A DNA stretch of 64,000 nucleotides from contig CM059432.1 of assembly GCA_030390025.1 (NCBI GenBank), positions 97,156,001 through 97,220,000 on the forward strand. Direction: 5' to 3'. Under the pieces are notes generated by a model that made no database searches, was not told where the DNA came from, and saw only the letters and a list, made by a program, of their open reading frames with translations. This document shows positions 24,761-37,503 of this stretch, one piece after another. Numbering within the stretch: the stretch's first letter is position 1; each line of letters begins with the position of its first letter. Source of the DNA: Squalus acanthias. Its lineage: Eukaryota. Both the position numbers and the translations under genes were made by a program.

Positions 24761-27700
24761 AACATATGAATATAAGAAGTAAGAGCAGGAGTACGGCCTC
24801 TCGAGCCTGCTCCGCCATTCAATAAGATCATGGCTGATCATCGACCTCAACTCCACTTTCCCGCCTGATCTCCATATCCCTTGATTCCCCTAGAGTTCAA
24901 AAATCTATCGATCTCAGACTCAGCATTCACAGCCCACTGGGGCAGAGAATTCCAAAGATTCACAATCCTCTGAGTGAAGAAATTCTTCCTCATCTCAGTC
25001 TTAAATAGCCTAACCCTATCCTGAAACTATGACCCCTAGTTCTAGACACTCCAGCCAGGGGAAACAATCTCTCATCATCTACCCTGTCAATCCCCTTCAG
25101 AATCTTGTATGTTTCAATGAGATCACCTCTCATTCTTCTAAACTCCAGAGAGTATAGGCCCATTCTACACAATCTCTCATCATAGGACAGCCCTCTCATC
25201 CCAGGAATCAATCTAGTGAACCTTCGTTGCACCACCTCCAAGGCAAGTATATCCTTCCTTATATAAGGAGACCAAAACTGTGCACAGTACTCCAGGTGTG
25301 CTCTCACCAAGGCCCTGTACAATTGTAGCAAGACTTCCTTACTCTTATACTCCAACCCACTTGCAATAAAGGCCAACATGCCATTTGCCTTCCTTATTGC
25401 TTGCTGTACTTGCATGCTAGCTTTCTGTGTTTCTTGCATGAGGACATCCAAATCTCTCTTGAACAGCAACATTTGAAAGTTTCTCACCATTTAAAAAATA
25501 TTCTGTTTTTCTATTCTTCCTACCAAAGTGAATAACCTCACATTTCTCTACATTATACTCCATCTGCCACCTTACTGCCCACTCACTTAGTTTATCTATA
25601 TCCCTTTGCAGACTCTTTGTGTTCTCCTCACAGCTTACTGTCCCAACTAGCTTTGTATCATCAGCAAACTTGGATACATTACACTCGGTCCCTTCATCTA
25701 GGTTATTAATATAGATTGTAAATAGCTGAGACCCCAACACTGATCCTTGCGAAACCCCACTAGTTACAGCCTGCCAACCTGAAAAAGATCCGTTTATCCC
25801 TACTCTCTGTTTTCTGTCCATTAACCAATCCTCTATCCATGCTACTCCCAACCCCATGAGCCCTAATCTTGTGTAATAATCTTTTATGTGGCACCTTATC
25901 GAATGCCTTTTGGAAGTCCAAATATACTACATCCACTGGTTGCCCTTTATCTACCCTGTTAATTACATCCTCAAAAAACTCTAATAAATTCGTCAAACAC
26001 GATTTCCCTTTCATAAAACCATGTTGACTCTGCCTAATCATGTTATGATTTTCTAAGTGATGTGATACCACTTCCTTAACAATGGATTCCAGCATTTTCC
26101 CGACGACTGATGTCAGGCTAACTGGCCTGTAGTTCCGTTTTCTCTCTCCCTCCTTTCTTGAATAGCAGTGTTACATTTGCGACCTTCGAATCCGCTGGTA
26201 CCATTCCAGAATCTAGGGAATTTTGGAAGATCAAAACCAATGCATCCACTATCTCTTCAGCCACCTCTTTTAGAACCCTAGGATGTAGGCCGTCAGGTCC
26301 AGTGGATTTGTTGGCTTTTAGTCCCATTAGTTTCTCTAGTACTTTTTCTCTACTTATATTAATTACGTTAAGTTCCTCACCCTCATTAGACTCTTGGTTC
26401 CCCACCATTTTTCATATGCTTTTTGTGTCTTCTTCTGTGAAGACTGATACAAAATATTTGTTTAATGTTTTTGCCATTTCCTTATTCCCCATAATAATTA
26501 CTCCTGTCTCAGCTTCTAAGGGACCAACGTTTACTTTTGCTATTCTTTTCCTTTTTACATACTTGTAGAAACTCTTTCAATCTGCTTTTATATTTCTTGC
26601 TAGTTTTCTCTCGTATTCTATTTATTCCCTTTTTATCAATTTTTTGGTCAACCTTTGCTGGTTTCTGAAACTCTCCCAATCCTCAGGCTTACTATTATTC
26701 TTTGCAACATTATAAGCTTCTTCTTTCAATCTAATGCTATTCTTAACTTCTTTAGTTAGCCACGGTTGGATCTCTTTTCCCGTGGAGTCTTTGTTTCTCA
26801 ATGGAATATATTTTTGTTGAGAATTATGAAATATTTCTTTAAATGCTAGCCACTGCTCATCTACCGCCATACCTTTTAATCTATTTTTCCAATCTACCTT
26901 AACCAACTCGCCCCTCATACCTATGTAATTGGCTTTATTTAAGTTGAAGACTCTAGTTTCGGACTTAGGCAAGTCACTCTCAAAATTAATGTAAAATTCT
27001 ATCATATTATGATCACTCTGCCCCAGAGGATCCTTTACTATGAGATTGCTAATTAACCCTGTCTCTTTACACAATACAAGATCTAAAATAACCTGTTCCC
27101 TGGTTGGTTCCATGACATATTGTTCTAGGAAACTGTCCCAAATGCATTCCATGAACTCATCCTCCAAACTACCTTTGCCAATTTGATTTGTCCAGTCTAT
27201 ATGAAGATTAAAGTCCCCCAAGATTATTGCATTACCTTTGTTGCAAGCTCTTACTATTTCTTGATTAATATTCTGTCCAACGGTATAGCTACTGTTAGGG
27301 GACATATATACTACTCCTACCAGTGTTTTCTGCCCCTTGTTATTCCTTATCTCCACCCATACTGATTCTACTTCATGATCTTCCGAGCCAAGATCCTTTC
27401 TCGCTACTGTCCTTATGTCATCCTTTATTATCAGGGCTACTCCCCCTCCTTTTCAATTCTGCCTGTCTTTTCGAAGCCTCAAGTACCCTGGAACATTTAG
27501 TTCCCAACCTTGGCCACCTTACAACCATGTCTCTGTAATGGCTATTAGATCAAACCCATTTATCTCTATTTGTGCCACTAGTTCATCTATCTTGTTACGA
27601 ATGCTTCGTGCTTTCAGATAAAGAGCCTTTAATTTTTTTTTTTTAACATTGTTCCCTGCTTTGACCTTATTCTCTGCTGCACTGCTACCATTAAACTGTC

Positions 27701-28150
27701 TGTCCCTTCCTGTCACACTCTGCTTATTTTTACCCAAATCGCTACACTGCTCTATTGCCTTGATCTTTCTCTTTAGATTTCTAAATTTCCCCTCACCTGA
27801 CCCCTACCCCACTTTTTTAGTTTAAAGCCCTATCTACAGCCCTAGTTATTCGATTCGCCAGGACACTGTCCCAGCCCGGATTAAGTGGAGCCCGCCCTGA
27901 TGGAACAGCTCCCTCTTTCCCCAGTACTGGTGCCCGTGCCCCATGAATTGAAACCCCTTTTTCCCACACTACTCTTTGAGCCACGCATTTAACTCTCTGA
28001 TCTGCTTGACTCTATGCCAATTTGTGCGTGGCTCAGGTAGTAATCCAAAGATTATTACCCTTGAGGTTCTGCTTATTAATTTAGACCCTAGCTCCTCAAA
28101 ACTCCCTCAGCAGAACCTCATTCTTAGTTCTACCTATGTCATTGGTTCCT
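24761..28150 (-). mobile_element. CR1 LINE truncated within ORF1; ORF2 disrupted
   Basis: ARSIRNKIDEL..IAITETWL, ILGDFNL, QSDHN, GPDGLHPRVLKE, DFQKAFD, KFADD and a CR1 3' tail. Confidence 0.92.
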
Positions 28151-28439
28151 AGTGCACGGCATCAGAGCACTCGGCAATAATATCAACTCCAAGCCCAGGC
28201 TTTTAGGAGAGGTTGAGGCCTTCAAGTAAAAAAGTTTAATCAGACATTAAAGAATACAAATGACAATTCAATGGTTAAATATAATCATGTCATTATGAAA
28301 TATGTAATTTTAAAAAATGGTGGATGAAATGATTTGGAAAGCATTTTGAGAGAATGATGGTAAACTTGTGCCAGATGTGCAACCAGAATGATGAGTTTCC
28401 ATAGGTTGTTCCATTATAAATGTGGACATGGAAATTTAG

Positions 28440-29010
28440 AATGGAAATGTTGACACAAAAAGTATGACAAAAACACAATGACAGGAAATCAAGGAATTTG
28501 AAAAGGAAGTTTTGGGAGATATGGGCATGGAGCTTGGAGGCAATGTACATTTGAGGACTTTAAAAAGCAAATGGGGCTTACAGATGAGGCGGTAGTTGGA
28601 AAAGGCAGGTAGTTCGAGGGGAGGTTTTTTTGAAGAATAAGTTTATGATGGTGGTTTGGTAAAGAAGGAGGACAATGCCTGAGCAAGCATGGGCACCAGG
28701 AAAGGAGTTGAGTGGGGAGTGGATCAAGGAAACAGGATATGAGCTTGGACAGGGCAGGGAGGAGAAGGGTGAGGAATTGCAAAAGCACAGGGGCCCTGGG
28801 TTAATCTGGGTGGTAGATGGGGGGAAGCTGAAGCTTGGGTCAGGAGAAAAGGAAGGAAGGTTAAATTGGAGGCAGCTGCATGGATGGTCTTAATCTTGAA
28901 GATGAACAATTCTTGTGCTTCTGTCAGTTGGTATTTCAAATAAGGGCAGATGGGGTAAGAGAAAGAAGGGTTTTATGGAGGCAGTTGGTCATGGAAGAGA
29001 AGGACTTGCC
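28440..29010 (-). mobile_element. Old L2-type LINE RT remnant
   Basis: Degenerate SCFLDPLPTQLL and NY-P motifs typical of L2 ORF2. Confidence 0.55.
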
Positions 29011-29409
29011 CTCCAGAAGCAATGGCAGTTTTGGCTGAGGATAGTTGAGTATGTTAATGCTTGACCTGGCAATTGGTGACTCGGCCAGTTATGTGTCAGT
29101 TACACTCGAATTTGCACCCTCGAATGAGGCAGCCAAGATAGAGGATATAATGGGGAGAGTGACAGAAGTGGGAGACAGTGATTGGTTGCCTGGGAATAAG
29201 GGTATCAAAGACAGAAGTGAGGGAACGGTTAAAAAGTCAACCGCATAAATGTGTTGTGACAAGTTGAGGCCCAAAGGTAAGGGAATTGGGAATTTATGAG
29301 GGACCTGGGGGAGAGTTTTTTCCATGGAGTATTACAAAGTGCACATAAAAAAGCCAAGAAAAGGCAATTCTTTAATCTTTTTGTACAATTTTCTAAATAA
29401 GAAATAATT

Positions 29410-29743
29410 TGTCAGTTGATTGGACCCTCCTGCCCCCGCGATCAGACCTCCCCATCCCCGCCCCCCCAGGGATCGGTGACCACTACTCCCCCCCAAGATC
29501 TGGACAATCCCCACGCTCCCACTAACCCAGTTGCAGGCTCCTTACCTGCTCCTGGGCTGTGGCCTCCACCGGAGCGTTTCCTGTCCGACAGGGAGCCAAG
29601 CCTGTCAATTTGGCTGGCTTCCGGGGAGGCAAACTGCTGGAAAAATTGATGCATGCTTTGTAGCCAAAGCTCCACAACGTGCGGGGAAACCCGGACTCCT
29701 CCCCACCCCGCTCACAAGACCCGCCCCAGTAAATATCAGGGCC
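29410..29743. mobile_element. Right part of a Harbinger-type MITE
   Basis: Similar to the 31193 and 32327 copies; ends aatatcagggcc. Confidence 0.6.
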
Positions 29744-31120
29744 AATGTTTCAGGTCGATGACCTTTCGTCAGAACTGAAAATGTTACAGATGTAACAGGT
29801 TTCAAGCAAGAGGCAGGGAAAGGGGGAGGGGAGAAAAGATCAAAAGGGTAGGTGAGTGATAGGGTGGAAGGCAGGAAGGATTAAATGACAAAAGGGATGC
29901 TGGTACAAAGCAAAAGGGGACAGTAATGAGACAAGTAAAGAAAAAAAGATGGATCTAGAGGAGCTGTAATTGGCAACAGCAGAATCATTATCAACAGCTG
30001 CTGTCCAAAAAAATGGGAGTGGTGATTATAATCTGAAATTGTTGAACTTGATGTTCAGTCTGGAAAGCTGTAATGTGCCTAATCAAAAGATAAGGGGGTA
30101 AAAATTGAGTCGCGCCCCATTTGGGGCGCTAACCTCGCCGGGGCGCGACTTTTAGCGCCCCGAAAAAATTAGCGGCCCCGCGCCGGAACTTCAGTGGTTG
30201 CGCCCCAAGAGGGAAGCGGGGCGCAACTGGAAGCACCCCGCATCCCTCTTGGGGCGCTGCGAGTGAATATCCTGGCGTTACGTGCCGCAGCGCCACGCGC
30301 TGCGGCACGTCGCGCCGCGGTATTGCAGGCCTTCCTCCCCTTCTTAAAGGGGAGGGGCCTTGCGCAGCGCGAACCGGGGCCCAGCTGGGCTCCCAGGGAT
30401 CGGGAGTGCCGGCAAAAGAGCCCGGCACTCAAGAGAAGTGCCGGGCTCTTGGAGCGCAGCCGGCACTTCACGGTGGGGGGGCTTCACGGGGGCCGGGGAC
30501 AGCAACGGGGGCAGGTGCTGGCAGGCGGCCAGCAACAAAAATGGCCGCCTGCCACCTCCCCTTTAAATATCGCCGCCCCGGCCGCACGTACGCCCCCCTG
30601 AACCCGTCGGACATAGCGTCTGGCGGTAAATCAGGGGGCGCGACTGAAGATCACGGCCGGGGCGCGAGCGGGGCGCTGCGCACGGCGATGACGTCATCGC
30701 CGGCGGCGCAGCGCCACAGGGCGCTACCGGCTGCCGCCGCCGCTAACCTCCCACTAAATTTTTCGGGAGGCGTGGGCGGCGCTGCGCCCGGGCGTTAGCT
30801 GCTTTACGCCCCATTAGCGCCCATTTAAGGCGCTAACGGGAGGCGCAAGCAGCTGAATTTTTCCCCCAAGGTTCCTCGAGCTTCCGTTAAGCTTCATTGG
30901 AACAGTGTACGAAACCAAGGACAGAGAAGTCAGAGTGGGAGTGGGACGGAGAATTAAAAAGACAGGCGACTGGAAGCTCAGGGTCATGTTTATGGACTGA
31001 ACAGAGGTGTTTAGCAAAGTGATCACCCAATCTGCGTTTGGCCTCCCCATTGTAGAGGAGACCACATCGTGAGCAGTGACTACAGTATACTAAATTGAAA
31101 GAAGTACCAAGTAAATCGAG
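29744..31120 (-). mobile_element. Penelope (Neptune) 3' fragment (GIY-YIG remnant + pLTR with hammerhead core), split by a MITE
   Basis: Minus strand CSRCGLLYNGEAKRRLGDHF-like remnant near 31020-31080; CTGACGA-aaggtc atc gacct-GAAA at 29748-29772. Confidence 0.8.
30095..30867. mobile_element. GC-rich Harbinger MITE with TSD AAG
   Basis: TIR ggggtaaaaattgag / ctgaatttttccccc; aag on both sides; ends homologous to the element at 35607-39884. Confidence 0.9.
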
Positions 31121-31192
31121 CTTTGAAATAGTTGAGTCTAGACTCTAAACGTAACAAAAGTCTTGGAAACAATACAGCCTGTGTGAGATACT

Positions 31193-32065
31193 GGGGAGAA
31201 TTTTAACTCCCAAAAAATGGGTGGGTAGGAGGTTAAAGAGTTAAAAAACTGAATGCCAACCCCAACCATGCTCCAACCTGCCCACCTCTGGTTTTAATGG
31301 ATGCAGGGTGGGGGCAGGCAGCCAACCCGCTCACAGGAGGTGGGTCACCCATTTAAATAATATAATGAGGCTCCGTGATCCACCATTACAAATTTTACTC
31401 TGGCTGACCGGGTTTCGCAGGCCTCGGGGAACCCGCCAGCTAAAGGGAGGCAAGGACTGCTTGATTCAGGAGGTAGGTGCCTTTCCACTTACATCCTGGA
31501 TCCAGTGTCGCTTCCTCGCCAACCCCCCATGATTGGACCGCCCCCAACCTCCCCCGGTGAGGCCTCCAATCCCCACAAGGCCTCCGACCCCCTCCCATGA
31601 GACCTCCAATCTCCAATCCCCCCAACTGGCATTCAATTCTTGCCCCCCCGGCCCCAACCCCCTCTGGCCTTCAGACTGCCACCCTCCGGCCTCCCACCTC
31701 TGGCCCCGATCCTCTTTGGCCTCCCACCTCCGGCCCCAATCCTCTTCCAGCCTCACTCCTCCAGCCCTTCGGTCCCGATGTTCATCCAGCTCCGATTCTC
31801 CAGACCTGATCCTTCTCCAGCCTCTGATCCCTCTCCCCTGATCCCTCCCTCCCTCCTCTCCGTGGCCTGGTGCTGCTGGTCTACCCGCCCGCTAGCCAGC
31901 CTCTCCAGCTGGCTGGCTGCGGGTGGGAATTTAGTGCCTTGAGATGCGAATCTTGGCCCTGCCATTAAATTCAGCATGGCCTGCTGGAAACCTGTTCTCT
32001 CCCGACCGCTATCCAAACCCCCACCCTCCCTCCGCTCCCTGCTCCCTACCCGCCTCCATTCAGTA
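31193..32065. mobile_element. Harbinger-type MITE, C-rich interior
   Basis: Starts ggggagaatttt; homologous to the adjacent copy at 32327. Confidence 0.65.
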
Positions 32066-32326
32066 TGTCAGAAATCAACTTAGTGGTGAAACCAGAAAAT
32101 ATTGCAAATAAGTATCAGATCTTTCAGCAACTGAAAGAGAAAGATATTTTAATGCTTGAGCTGTTATTCTTCACCAGAATCAATTTCACCCAAAACCTTA
32201 CTCTATTCTCTCTCCGAAGCTGTTTGATTTGCTATGCATTTCTGGGGTTTTATGTTTTTGTTTTATATTGCTATTTGTTGTTTTTCATTTAATCTGTTCC
32301 TTAAATCAACTCTGCAGTAATCCATA

Positions 32327-33228
32327 GGGGGAATTTTAAACTAAAAAAAAGGCCGGTTAGTCCGTGTGGGAAGTTAAAGTGTTAAAAATGTGAATCCCGA
32401 CCAGAACCTACCTCCAACCCGTCCACTTCTGATTGTAACGTAGGCGGGATGGGGGCGGGCAGCCAACCCGCTCCTAGGAGGTGGATCCTCCACTTAAATA
32501 TTATAATGAGGCTGGAAGCCTCTGCTTTAACCTCCATTTTGAATTTAACTTTAGCTGGTTGGGTTTTGCAGGCCTCGTGAAACCCGCTAGCTAATGCAAG
32601 GCGAGGACTGCTGGATCCAGGAGGTAAATACCTTTACACTTACCTCCTGAATCCAACGCCCATACCTAACCCACCCCTGCGATCAGAGAACCCCCCACCC
32701 CAAGCCTCCAATCCCCCCCACGTGGACTTCCCCACCCACCCAATGCTTCTCCGGCCCTCGATCCTGCCCCGACTCCCCCCCCCCCAACCCTGCTGATCCC
32801 GGCACGCGATCATTCTCCGACCACACCACCCCCGCCGTGCTGCTCCCTGCCTCCCGATCTTCCCCCGACACCCCCCCCAACTCATCCTGATCTTGGCCCG
32901 CGATCATTCCTGACCCACCACCCCGCCCCCCCACCCACTGTGCTGGTCGCGGAACCCGATCTTCACCCGACCCTCCCACTCCTCTGGCCCACCCTGTGCT
33001 CCTCCAGCTGCCCCCCCGGCCCCCACGCGATCCCTCTCTCCCTCCTCTCTGCGGCCTAGAGCCACAGGCCTATGCATCTGGAGCCAGCCAGCCAGCCTCT
33101 CAATCTTGCTGGCTGCGGGTGGAAACAGAGGTTTCCCATGCAAATCAGGCCCTGCCATTAAATTCGGCAGGGCCTGCGGGAAACCCATTCTCCCGGGTTT
33201 GTCCAGAACTTCCCTCTGAAAACCTAAC
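32327..33228. mobile_element. Harbinger-type MITE, same family as 31193
   Basis: Shared blocks ggcagccaacccgctc, ggaggta and ggccctgccattaaattc. Confidence 0.65.
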
Positions 33229-34649
33229 CGGAAATGAAGACATCATAAGGAAATCTAAAATTGTAATTGGCAGAAGACCAAATTAAGAAACTGGAAACGT
33301 TTCTCTTTTTAAAAAAAAATTATGAAAGGCTCTGTGACACAAAACTATCATATGTACTCTGCTTGTGTAGCATGGCTGCGTTTAAGAACACTACTCCATT
33401 TTTCTGGTTTGCCCTGGGGAACTGTAACAGAGAAGTAATTGGTGAAGAAAGTGTCCTTGTATTCTGTTGCCAATGACTTTGTACACACAGGTAGTTTGTT
33501 GACTGGCAGACTGTGTGCTGTCTGTGCTAACATAGGGATTGTCATTTTAATTTTAGTTTGTTTTTTTACATTTATCTATCAATTATTCTATTCAGCACAA
33601 CACCACTGTAGTCTTACAGCTGTCATCAACACTCCAAGTAACTCAGAGTACAGCACATCTTATTTCATAAAGTTATATGCTTTTAGGAACACTGAAATGC
33701 TATTGTTTACTTTTATTTTCCTTAATGTGCTATTATGGCAACATAGCTTGTGTAAATCTATTCATCTGCCCTGTCTGCTATTGAGGACTTTGTCCCATAC
33801 TCATGCCTGGCTAACTTTGCATTGGTGTTGTATTTCGAGTGATTGTTTTTTGCAAACCATTCAATAAATTAAGTGTATCAGTGCAGAATAGAGTGCATAA
33901 AGAAACTGATTGCAAGTTTTAGTAACACAAGAGTTTCCATGTTGATTGGTTCATGAACCTTCCGATTTCAATTCCTTAGCAAACGGAAAGAAAAGCAAAA
34001 ATTATGAGCAATGTAATAGCAGAAGTTAAAAGGAGGTTCTGCATGAAGGTTATCATTCCATTGAAGAAGGTGGCATTGAAGAGGACATTAAACACAGGAC
34101 ATGCTTCTGTTCAAAACAGCTCTAATAAGAAATAACAAATAATTTATCATGTTGAAGTCTTTCACAGCACTTCACAGAATAAATTACTTTTGAAGTGCAA
34201 AGACTGTTGTTATGTCGGCAAATATAACATGCATGTTGTTCCCTATGCCGAGTTACTCATCAAATACTCTAGCTCACTCCTTCTTTGAACACCACTTACA
34301 ATAATCACCCTGCTGACTGTATCTATCAGAAATATCAGATAGACCTACCACAAAACATGAAATGGATGCACATGATATATATGTACATAAATACGTGTAC
34401 TATTGTCCTTCAGAGTCTTGAGGTGAAATTTGAGGTGAATTGCTGTCAGCAATATTTGCAATGACATCTTACCACGTTACTATAAAATTCTCGTGTGCAT
34501 GATTTTAACATTTATTAACAAATTTAAAGTAAACTAGTTAACAAATGTGTTAAAATAGCAGATGGAGGAGTATCATATTGGCACACTCACAAGTTCATTA
34601 CAAATATCCCTGCACTGCACAATGATTTAGATGCCATTACTTTTAACTC

Positions 34650-35060
34650 CTAGGAGTATAGGAACAGATTTAAGCCATTTAGCCCCTTGGGCCTGTACCA
34701 CTATTCAATTAGATCATGGCTGATCTGTCACTCCATTTATCTGCCTTTGATCCATATCCCTTTTAATACCTTTATTCAATAAAAATCTATTTAACTCAGT
34801 CTTGAAAATTTCACTGACCCAGCATCCACAGCCTTTTGGGAGAGAGAGTTCCAGATTTCCACTACCCTTTGTGTGAAAAAGTGCTTCCTGATTTCGCTCC
34901 TGAATGGCTTAGCTGTAATATTAAGATTGTGCCGCTTTGTTCTGGATTCCCGCACCAGAGGAAATAGTTTCTCTGTATCTACCCTATTAAATCCTTTTAT
35001 CTTTTTAAACACCTCAATTAGATCACCCTTCAACTGTCTAAACTCAAGGGAATACAAGCC
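34650..35060 (-). mobile_element. CR1 3' fragment
   Basis: YSLEFRQLKGDLIEVFK...HFFTQRVVEIWNSL. Confidence 0.85.
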
Positions 35061-35100
35061 AATTTTGGGCCTGTTTTCTACCCTTAAGAGTCAAGCAATA

Positions 35101-35280
35101 GGGGCAATTTTGACTTTGGGCAATAGTGTAAAACAGATGATATTGGATCAACTGCTTGTTTTACATCTCTCATGATTTGACATTGAAGTCAATGGAAATG
35201 AAAATCAGGAGAGATGCATAATGGGCAGCTGATCTAATATTGTCCGATTTACACTGTCACCCAAAGTCAAAATTACCCCC
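35101..35280. mobile_element. ~180-bp fold-back MITE, TSD ATA
   Basis: ggggcaattttgactttggg ... cccaaagtcaaaattacccc, with the arms pairing further inward. Confidence 0.85.
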
Positions 35281-36040
35281 ATAATATAGGACTGGAGTCA
35301 CGTGTAGGCCAGAGAAGGTATGATTGGCAGATTTTCTTTCCTGAAGGATATTAGCTAACCGGTTGGGTATTTTTTTCTGGTGCTATCCCACAAATTACTA
35401 GAATTATTTAATTCAGTTCACAACTTATCACTACAGTACCATACTGGTAGTTCCTAGATGGGAAAAAGTCCACAAGACTGCCTCTTTTGCCAGGGTCCAT
35501 CATGCAATTATGACACCTGTGGGGTTCGCATATATTGTGAGGAAGTGCAGTGTGATACAGGTCACATGTATATTGAACACATTTAATTTCTAGTATAACA
35601 GATATTGGGGAAAAAATTCAGTTGGTTGCGCCTCCCGTTAGCGCCTTAAGAGGGCGCTAATGGGGCGCAAAGCAACTAGCGCCCGGGCGCAGCGATGTTT
35701 ACGCCGCTCGCGAAATTAACTAGACATTTTGCGGCGGCGCTAAACAATACCGCCCCGATCTCCTGCGCATGCAGATCTTGACATCATACGAGGGTGCAAC
35801 GCCCTTGTGACGCCCCGGAGCGGAAATTGAGTGGCGCCCCCATCCTTTCCGCCTGCCGCAACCAACGACAGGAAGACTGGAACGCTCCCCAGTCGCTGTG
35901 GGGCTGGGGGGGGGGGTGGGTGCTATTTAAAGGGGGCCTCTTCCTGTCTTTCTCTGTGGTAGACATTTTTGCACCACTCGTTCTGAGAGAGAGAGAGAGA
36001 GATTCGGAGAGAGAGAAAGAGAGACTTCTGCATTGAGTCA

Positions 36041-37287
36041 ATGCTGTGTGAGGTAGTTTTGGCTACTGATCATAACTTTGCAGGTACTTTGGTTTTTGAC
36101 CGTCATAACTTTGATTGCCAAGAGACTTTGTGGGCTGCACTGATTGGGGGCGTCGTCCTGCGCCACCAGAATCGGAGGACACAGAGATGCAGAGAGAGAG
36201 TGGCAATCATGGCCAGACGGAGGAGGGCCAACAGGCCTCTATACAGGAGACCTTACCCTCCCAGGGTATTTCTCCAACAGTTCTCCTACATTCATATGTC
36301 TGAGGAGCAGTATTTGCGTAGGCTGCGCTTCAGCAAGGAGGTAGTCACTGAGCTCTACCACCTGCTGCAGCCAGATCTGCAGCCTCAACTGAGGTCCAGG
36401 ACGTCTCTGTCGGTGGCAGTGAAGATCACAGTGGCTCTGAACTTTTATGCCACTGGCTCATTTCAATCAGCTACTGGGGACATCGCCATATCTCCCAGTT
36501 CGCGGTGCATTGCTGCATCCGTCAGGTCACAAATGCCCTCTATAAAAGGAGACGAGAGTACATCTCTTTCCCCATGACCCCGAACAAGCAGCAAGAACGC
36601 GCAATGGGCTTTGCTAGGATAGCAGGCTTCCCCATGGTGCAGGGCGCCATTGACTGCACGCATGTGGCTTTGCGTGCTCCGCATGAGAATGCCAAGGATT
36701 TCCGCAACAGAAAGGGGTTCCATTCCTTAAATGTTCAGTTGGTCTGTGACCACAGACAGCTGATACTCGCTGTCAATGCCCACTATCCTGACAGCTGCCA
36801 CGATGCATTCATCCGGCGCCAGACTACTGTGGCAGAACTTTTCCAGGCACCGCATCAGCCAGTTGGTTGGCTTCTCGGGGACAAGGGATATCCACTGGGC
36901 ACCTGGCTGATGACACCGCTCCGTATGCCCAACACCCCTGCTGAGCTGCGGTACAACGAGAGCCATCTCGCTACCAGAAACATCATTGAGCACACAATCG
37001 GTGTGCTGAAGCAACGGTTCCGCTGTCTGGACCACTCAGGAGGAGCCCTGCAGTACTCGCCTGAGCGAGTCTCCCTCTTCGTAGTTGTGTGCCGCATGCT
37101 GCATAACCTGGCAATCCTCAAGACCCAGCCAATGCCACCAGGCCTTGGAGCACCACCAGAGGAGGAGGAGGAAGACGAGGAGGAAGAGGAGGAGGATGAT
37201 CATCAGCAGCACCAAGGCGGGAGGGCGGCCCACAATGGTGAAACTGCAAGGGCCGTCCGTCAACGGCTGATAGCAAGCCGCGTCTAG
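36041..37287 (+). pseudogene. Harbinger DDE transposase with one frameshift near 36488 (true start uncertain)
   Basis: ORFs 36041-36577 and 36505-37287; catalytic motifs GAIDCTH, GDKGY and IEHTIG are all present. Confidence 0.93.
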
Positions 37288-37503
37288 GGCCCTGCTGAGG
37301 AAATGGCTTCTGCCATTGAGAACAACATGAATGAAATCAACCCGCAACCCCTGAGCCGGCCAAGGCAACAATGATTCCAAAGACCAAACATGTACATTTT
37401 GAATACAAAAACTTATTTATTTTACAAACTCTGTGTGTGTCATTTCTTCATGACAAACTAATAGAAAGAAACAGAAAACAACAGTCATTAACATAACTGG
37501 TTC

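Noticed and set aside
22278..24762. 822-, 525- and 285-aa ORFs as genes
   Set aside because: By-products of a stop-free 12-codon repeat; no gene features.
30129..30798. GC-rich overlapping ORFs or a host CpG-island promoter
   Set aside because: Lies wholly within a TIR/TSD-bounded MITE; the ORFs reflect GC content.
36041..37287. Domesticated host HARBI1 gene
   Set aside because: Frameshifted, flanked by TIRs, paired with a Myb gene, and multicopy in the window.
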